From the NCBI RefSeq assembly GCF_000008665.1, contig NC_000917.1, positions 1,920,001 to 1,952,000 of the forward strand: a stretch of 32,000 bases of DNA, read 5' to 3'. The stretch's first letter is position 1. Every line of letters begins with the position of its first letter. This DNA is from Archaeoglobus fulgidus DSM 4304. Lineage in GTDB: Archaea > Halobacteriota > Archaeoglobi > Archaeoglobales > Archaeoglobaceae. The position numbers and the translations under genes were made by a program. Of this stretch, positions 27,453 to 32,000 are shown one piece after another. Under the pieces are notes generated by a model that saw nothing but the letters and a program-made list of their open reading frames with translations, was not told the origin of the DNA and did no database searches.

Positions 27453-27766
27453 CTATGTATTCATCATCAAACAAATGCCGTCAATAAGCTTTATACCCTC
27501 CTCTTTGCATGCCCTCTTAAAATCACCATCAAACGAAATCAGATATTTTACTCCATAAAATTTACAGGTGGAAAGGATTATAGCGTCATTTGGCAATAAA
27601 CCATCTTCTTTACAAATTCGTAGGCCAGATTTCTGATTTCCCTGTTAATTTCCAGTTCCTCAAAAATCTCAAAAAGCATGAAAAGCTCTTCCAGTTCATT
27701 TTCCCTCTCTATGATCAGTTCTGGATTCTTTTTCAGTTCGTAGGTTCTTTTTTCCAGTAATAGCCT
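27453..27766 (-). pseudogene. PIN domain (VapC-like) protein remnant, frame-disrupted and 5'-truncated
   Basis: EELEINREIRNLAYEFV in one frame, CKEDGLLPNDAIILSTCKFYGVKYLISFDGDFKRACKEEGIKLI in the next; not in the ORF track. Confidence 0.7.
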
Positions 27767-27969
27767 TTAAATACACGAGGAAAACCTAGCTAAAAACGAT
27801 AGCGTTTGAGCAGAGTTTGTATAGTGCAATGCTATTTAAAGGATTTTACACCTCAGAATTAAGAGAATGAGTTTTTACGAATATAGGTTTAAGCTGCGTT
27901 TTTCTTTCTGCATTCACAGCCTTAACCCAACCAGATTCGAGAACCATTAACCCGAATTTGGCAAAATAG

Positions 27970-28791
27970 TCATAGGCAGTACTTCCTAACCTCACAGAAC
28001 CTGCACTTCCAGTTTTCTCTTGTTTTTAAAGCCTCCCTCTCTCCCGCCCAGTACTCCCTCGAAAATTGCAGAATCCTCTCAATTTCCTCCCTCTGAGCTT
28101 TAAACCTCACCTCACCTATCCTCTCACCAGTCTTCTGGCTTTCGTAAATAACCACGACCTCCTCATCAAGTTCAGGAATCATGGGGAGCTTTGAGTCCAG
28201 CGTTCTGAGCATGGCCTTAACATTCCTCTCTGTCATCCCCACAGCTTGAGAGAACTCCTTGCTGATTGCTGCTCTCTCCACGACACCATAGGCCCTCTTC
28301 ACATTCCTACTGACCTTCTGTCTCCTCGCCTCATCAAGCATTAGGTGGTAAAGAAGCCCCTGAACTTTGTGTGATTCATTCTCAGGCACCTCTTCCCTCA
28401 GCCTCGTCTTCCTTTCCACCACCTGAGTTCTACCACCCTTTTTCCTGATTTCGTCGATGGAACCGCTGAGATACCACCTCCAGCCGTCACCATCAACTTT
28501 TGTAACGAGAAAAACCTCCCTGCCAAGGCCAGATTTAAGAAAGCTCTCAATGGAAAGGTTGGTGAAGTAAATCTGCCCGCCCAACCAGTCGATGAAGTTT
28601 TTGGGCCTCGGAAGGCTTGCTTTGCCAGATATTTCATCGTGAATTCTCTTTCCTTTCCGAACAAGAGCGTTCGAGGGCTTTATGTCGTAAAGAAGCTTCA
28701 GCTCAACTTTCATCTCGCACCAGAATTGCTCTGCAATCTTACCAACTGAAATAACCCTTTTGTGCTTCCTCTTAAGTCGGGAGAGCTTCAC
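27970..28791 (-). CDS. Cas4/RecB-like PD-(D/E)XK nuclease with probable Fe-S cluster cysteines, not adjacent to a CRISPR array
   Basis: GSIDEIRKKGGRTQVVERKTR; EQFWCEMKVELKL near the N-term and WKCRFCEVRKYC at the C-term. Confidence 0.8.
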   Translation of the reverse strand: MKLSRLKRKHKRVISVGKIAEQFWCEMKVELKLLYDIKPSNALVRKGKRIHDEISGKASLPRPKNFIDWLGGQIYFTNLSIESFLKSGLGREVFLVTKVDGDGWRWYLSGSIDEIRKKGGRTQVVERKTRLREEVPENESHKVQGLLYHLMLDEARRQKVSRNVKRAYGVVERAAISKEFSQAVGMTERNVKAMLRTLDSKLPMIPELDEEVVVIYESQKTGERIGEVRFKAQREEIERILQFSREYWAGEREALKTRENWKCRFCEVRKYCL

Positions 28792-28812
28792 TTACCTATG
28801 TGACAGCAAGAG

Positions 28813-29688
28813 TTAAAGTAATTTACTGAAAATGGCATCGGCGAAAATGGCTGCAAGAAGTGCCGAGCTGACGAGGGCATTGACGTAAAAGAAGGCAATC
28901 TGAATTTTTGCCTCATCGTAGCCATCCCTGACAATGTAATGCTCGTAGAAGAGCAAAAGGGCGATTAAAGGAAGAAAAAGCTCTGCAAGCTTAGCGTTAT
29001 GGATTTGAAGGGCGATGGCGATGAGGGCGAAGAAGATGACGTGGTTTAGCCTTGAAAGCCAGAGGGCAGCTCTAACACCAAAATGAGCACCAATTGAGTG
29101 AAGGTTGTTGCTGCGGTCGAAATCCACATCCTGAAGGCCGTATATCATGTCGAAGCCAGCAACCCAGAACATCACAGCTACACCAATAAGAGTGGGGACG
29201 AGCTCGCTGCCGAAAATGTCGATTGAGTCTGTGACGGCAATCCACCCTCCCAGCGGGGCAAAAGCAAGGTTCAGGCCGAGAACGTAGTGGCAGAGGCAGG
29301 TGAAGCGCTTGAGGTAGGGATAGATGTAGGCAGTTATTGCGGGGATTGGGGAGAGCATGAGGGCAGTTTTGTTGATGAGTGCAGCTGAGATGAAGTAAAT
29401 CGCAAGAGCCAAAAATGCTATGGTATAGGCTTCCTTCAGGCTAATGAGGCCAGCTGGGAGATGTCTCATCGCCGTTCTGGGATTCTTTGCATCAATCTCC
29501 CTATCTATAATCCTGTTGAAGGTCATCGCTGCCGTTCTAAGGCCGGTGAAGGCTGTTAAAATCAAAAAAGCCAGCCTGAGGCTTATAAGTCCCCCCTCTG
29601 CGAGAAAGGCTCCAGCGTAGGCGAACGGGAGGGCGAAGAGCGTGTGCTCGATCTTTATGAAGTCCAGATACATCTTAATTCGCTGCAT
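28813..29688 (-). CDS. UbiA-family prenyltransferase
   Basis: TFNRIIDREIDAKNPRTAMRHLPAG and DMIYGLQDVDFDRSNNLHSI; about 8 TM segments. Confidence 0.93.
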   Translation of the reverse strand: MQRIKMYLDFIKIEHTLFALPFAYAGAFLAEGGLISLRLAFLILTAFTGLRTAAMTFNRIIDREIDAKNPRTAMRHLPAGLISLKEAYTIAFLALAIYFISAALINKTALMLSPIPAITAYIYPYLKRFTCLCHYVLGLNLAFAPLGGWIAVTDSIDIFGSELVPTLIGVAVMFWVAGFDMIYGLQDVDFDRSNNLHSIGAHFGVRAALWLSRLNHVIFFALIAIALQIHNAKLAELFLPLIALLLFYEHYIVRDGYDEAKIQIAFFYVNALVSSALLAAIFADAIFSKLL

Positions 29689-32000
29689 TCTGAATCACGC
29701 CCATTACCTTCTCGTGAAGCTCCTTCAGAATCTTCCTCCTGTCCTCCATAAGCACTACGTCCTGCTCTCCCAGCAGGTACATGTTGAAGGCGAAGGGAGA
29801 GGGATAGGGCGTTCTTACAATCACAAGCTCCATCTCTCTGCCAACCTTTGCCAGAAACTCCATCGCATCCTCAATGTTCATTGCATCCTCCATTATCTCC
29901 CTGTAGGTCTCCTTAAGCACGGGGAAGTCGGGGTAGTAGCGCCTTAAAAAGCTTAGTATTGAGTCCGCAGAGAACTGCTGCCTCCAGACACTCTTCTCCC
30001 TCCCCATGTAGTTCCTCAGAATCATCAGGCTTCTCACCGCAACATGCCTGAACCTCCTCCTCAGAATCTCTGTCCTGTCCAAAGCTTTTCTCAGATGGCC
30101 CTCAAACTCAGGGATGACGAAGAGCCCCTCAATCTCCGCATCGCTGAGCCTTTTGTAAGATGGAAGGATGAGGACAAAGCCGTTATCGTTTATCCCCATC
30201 TGAACGTTGCAGTTCTTGATTAAACCTGCCCTGTAGGCAAAAACCCTCGCAATTGCGCTGTTCGCCCTTCTCCCAATCAGAGTGTGGAAGAAGTAGTAGT
30301 TCCTCTCCGCTTCGTACTTCTCCACCACCAGCTTGCTGTCAGTCGGAATTTCGCTGAATAGCTTCTGCTCCATGAAGTAGCGGTAGATGGCGTTGGCAGC
30401 GTTTCTCTCAATCTCGAAGTTTTCCATAAGAATGGCAATAATTTCCTCCCTGCTTTTCTTCTCAAGCATTTCCTCCATCCAGCCCCTGAACTTCCTTATC
30501 CTCTCAGCTAAATCGTAGCTTAAAGGCAGCTGCTCGCTGAACCAGCTTGGGACGGTGGGCTTCTCCCCCTCAACCTCCTCGACGATGATGCTCATTCCCT
30601 TGGCCTTCAAAAACCTGAAGGTCTTTCCTGCAAGACGAAAATGTCTCCCGGCAGTAAATTCTCGGCAAACTCTTCCTCAACCTTTCCAACTCTCTTTCCG
30701 TCCTTTGTGATTACCTTCACAGCCACCTCGTCGGGAATCGTGCCAGTGTTGAGGTAGTAAATCGGCCTGATCATCTTCCCTCTTCTTCCGAAAACGCCCT
30801 CTTCCTCGTCAAACCAGATTTTCGCATAAACCTTCTTCTTTTCCAGCTCGGAGAAGTTGCCGGAGAGGTATCTCAGCACGGAGAGAAACTCCTCCCTCGT
30901 TAACTCTCTGTAGGGATAGGCGTTTCTGATCAGGGCAAGGGCCTCATCAACGCTCCAGACTTTCTCAATGGCCATTCCAACGACATGCTGGCACAGCACA
31001 TCGAGACACTTCCTCGGTATCTTTACTCTGTCCAGCCTCCTCTCCCTCGCCTCTTTCGCCAAAACTGTGCACTCAACGAGGTCGTCCTGATCAACGACCA
31101 CAATTCTGCCAACACTCACCTCATGCAGCCTGTGCCCGCTTCTCCCGATTCTCTGCAAAGCCCTGTTTATGCTCTTGGGCGAGCCCAGCAGAATGACGAG
31201 GTCGATGTATCCTATGTCAATGCCGAGCTCAAGGCTCGTTGAGGAGACAACGCATCTCAGCTCCCCGTTCTTCAGCTCGTTCTCCACCTCAAGCCTCACT
31301 TCCTTGGAGAGGGAGCTGTGGTGAGCTTTTATTGGGAAATCCTTCAACCTCTTCTTGAGGTGGTAAACCACTCTCTCTGTCGCGCTACGCGTGTTTGTGA
31401 AAATCAGCGTGGTTTTCGAGCTTTTTACGTACTCCGCAAGCAAGTCGTAAAGCCTGTCGCTTATTTCTTCAGCACTGGCGGAGAAAAAGTCGTTTATAGG
31501 AGAGACAACCTTTATGTCCATCGGCTTCTCGAAGGTGACATCAGCTATCACGCAGTCTCTCTCCTCACCGTAGTTGTATCCCACCAAGAACCTCGCAATC
31601 TCCTCAAGGGGCGATATGGTGGCAGAAAGGCCTATTCTTACCATCTCTCCCTCCTGAATTCTCTGCAGCCTCTCCATTGAGAGGGTTAGGTGAACTCCCC
31701 TCTTGTTCTCCGCAATTGCATGGATTTCGTCAACGATGAGAAATCTGACGTTCGTGAGGGACTTGCTGAACTTGGGGCTGCAGAGAACGATTGCGAGGGT
31801 TTCTGGAGTTGTAATCAGAATGTGAGGTGGTTTTCTCGCCTGCTTCTGCTTTTCAGCAGCATCCGTATCGCCTGTTCTGACAGCAGCTCTTATTTTCTGC
31901 AGCTTGATTCCCTTTTTCTCAGCAAGGGCGTAAATCTCCTCAAGCGGCTCCTCAAGGTTCTTCCTTATGTCGTTGTTTAGGGCTTTAAGGGGAGAGACGT
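29675..32000 (-). CDS. Large Lhr-type superfamily 2 helicase, N-terminus beyond window, disrupted by a 1-nt frameshift near 30630
   Basis: [81 protein letters not shown]; second segment continues [38 protein letters not shown]. Confidence 0.88.

Noticed and set aside
27855-27990. Possible small ORF (-) RLGSTAYDYFAKFGLMVLESGWVKAVNAERKTQLKPIFVKTHSLNSEV*
   Set aside because: Readable from a GTG overlapping the end of the Cas4-like gene, but about 49 aa with no recognised motif; insufficient support.
29642-31980. Plus ORFs 29642..29947, 30985..31242, 31318..31680, 31690..31980
   Set aside because: Antisense to the Lhr-type helicase.
1-32000. CRISPR array
   Set aside because: No regularly spaced 24-37 nt repeats with unique spacers were seen; the dyad array at 26309-26366 is too short and has no spacers.

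Overview
This looks like a hyperthermophilic archaeal chromosome segment. From the SerB, CDF, CCA-enzyme and MoaC neighbourhood I think it is Archaeoglobus fulgidus, but that is recollection, not a database result. Most of the window is compact housekeeping genes: serB, CDF transporter, IS630-type IS, Trx/Grx/TrmB-like operon, DRG-type GTPase, moaC, pncA, rps8e, a tRNA 3'-maturation-like operon with cca, a UbiA-type prenyltransferase and an Lhr-type helicase. An accessory segment sits at about 17-28 kb. It holds a PGF-CTERM surface protein, DUF1254/DUF1214-like split genes, a duplicated caspase/gingipain-like protein plus membrane protein module, a HEPN-MNT pair, a kelch lipoprotein, a phospholipase C-like protein, HTH and PIN gene remnants, and a Cas4-like nuclease. 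The most interesting signals are: (1) a 6.75 kb accessory island bounded by an exact 21-nt direct repeat (19848-19868 and 26582-26602); (2) three tandem GTTTAG-N7-CTAAAY dyads at 26309-26366 beside a decayed HTH regulator; (3) a 29-bp near-perfect palindrome at the thioredoxin/glutaredoxin operon promoter; (4) duplicated clan CD protease-like/membrane protein genes, with copy 1 truncated and copy 2 frame-disrupted near its signal peptide; (5) an unusual number of single-nucleotide frame disruptions (about 1.97, 18.6, 26.14, 26.5, 27.6 and 30.63 kb); and (6) a possible structured RNA or terminator at 12630-12700. All calls were made by eye from the sequence and supplied ORFs.
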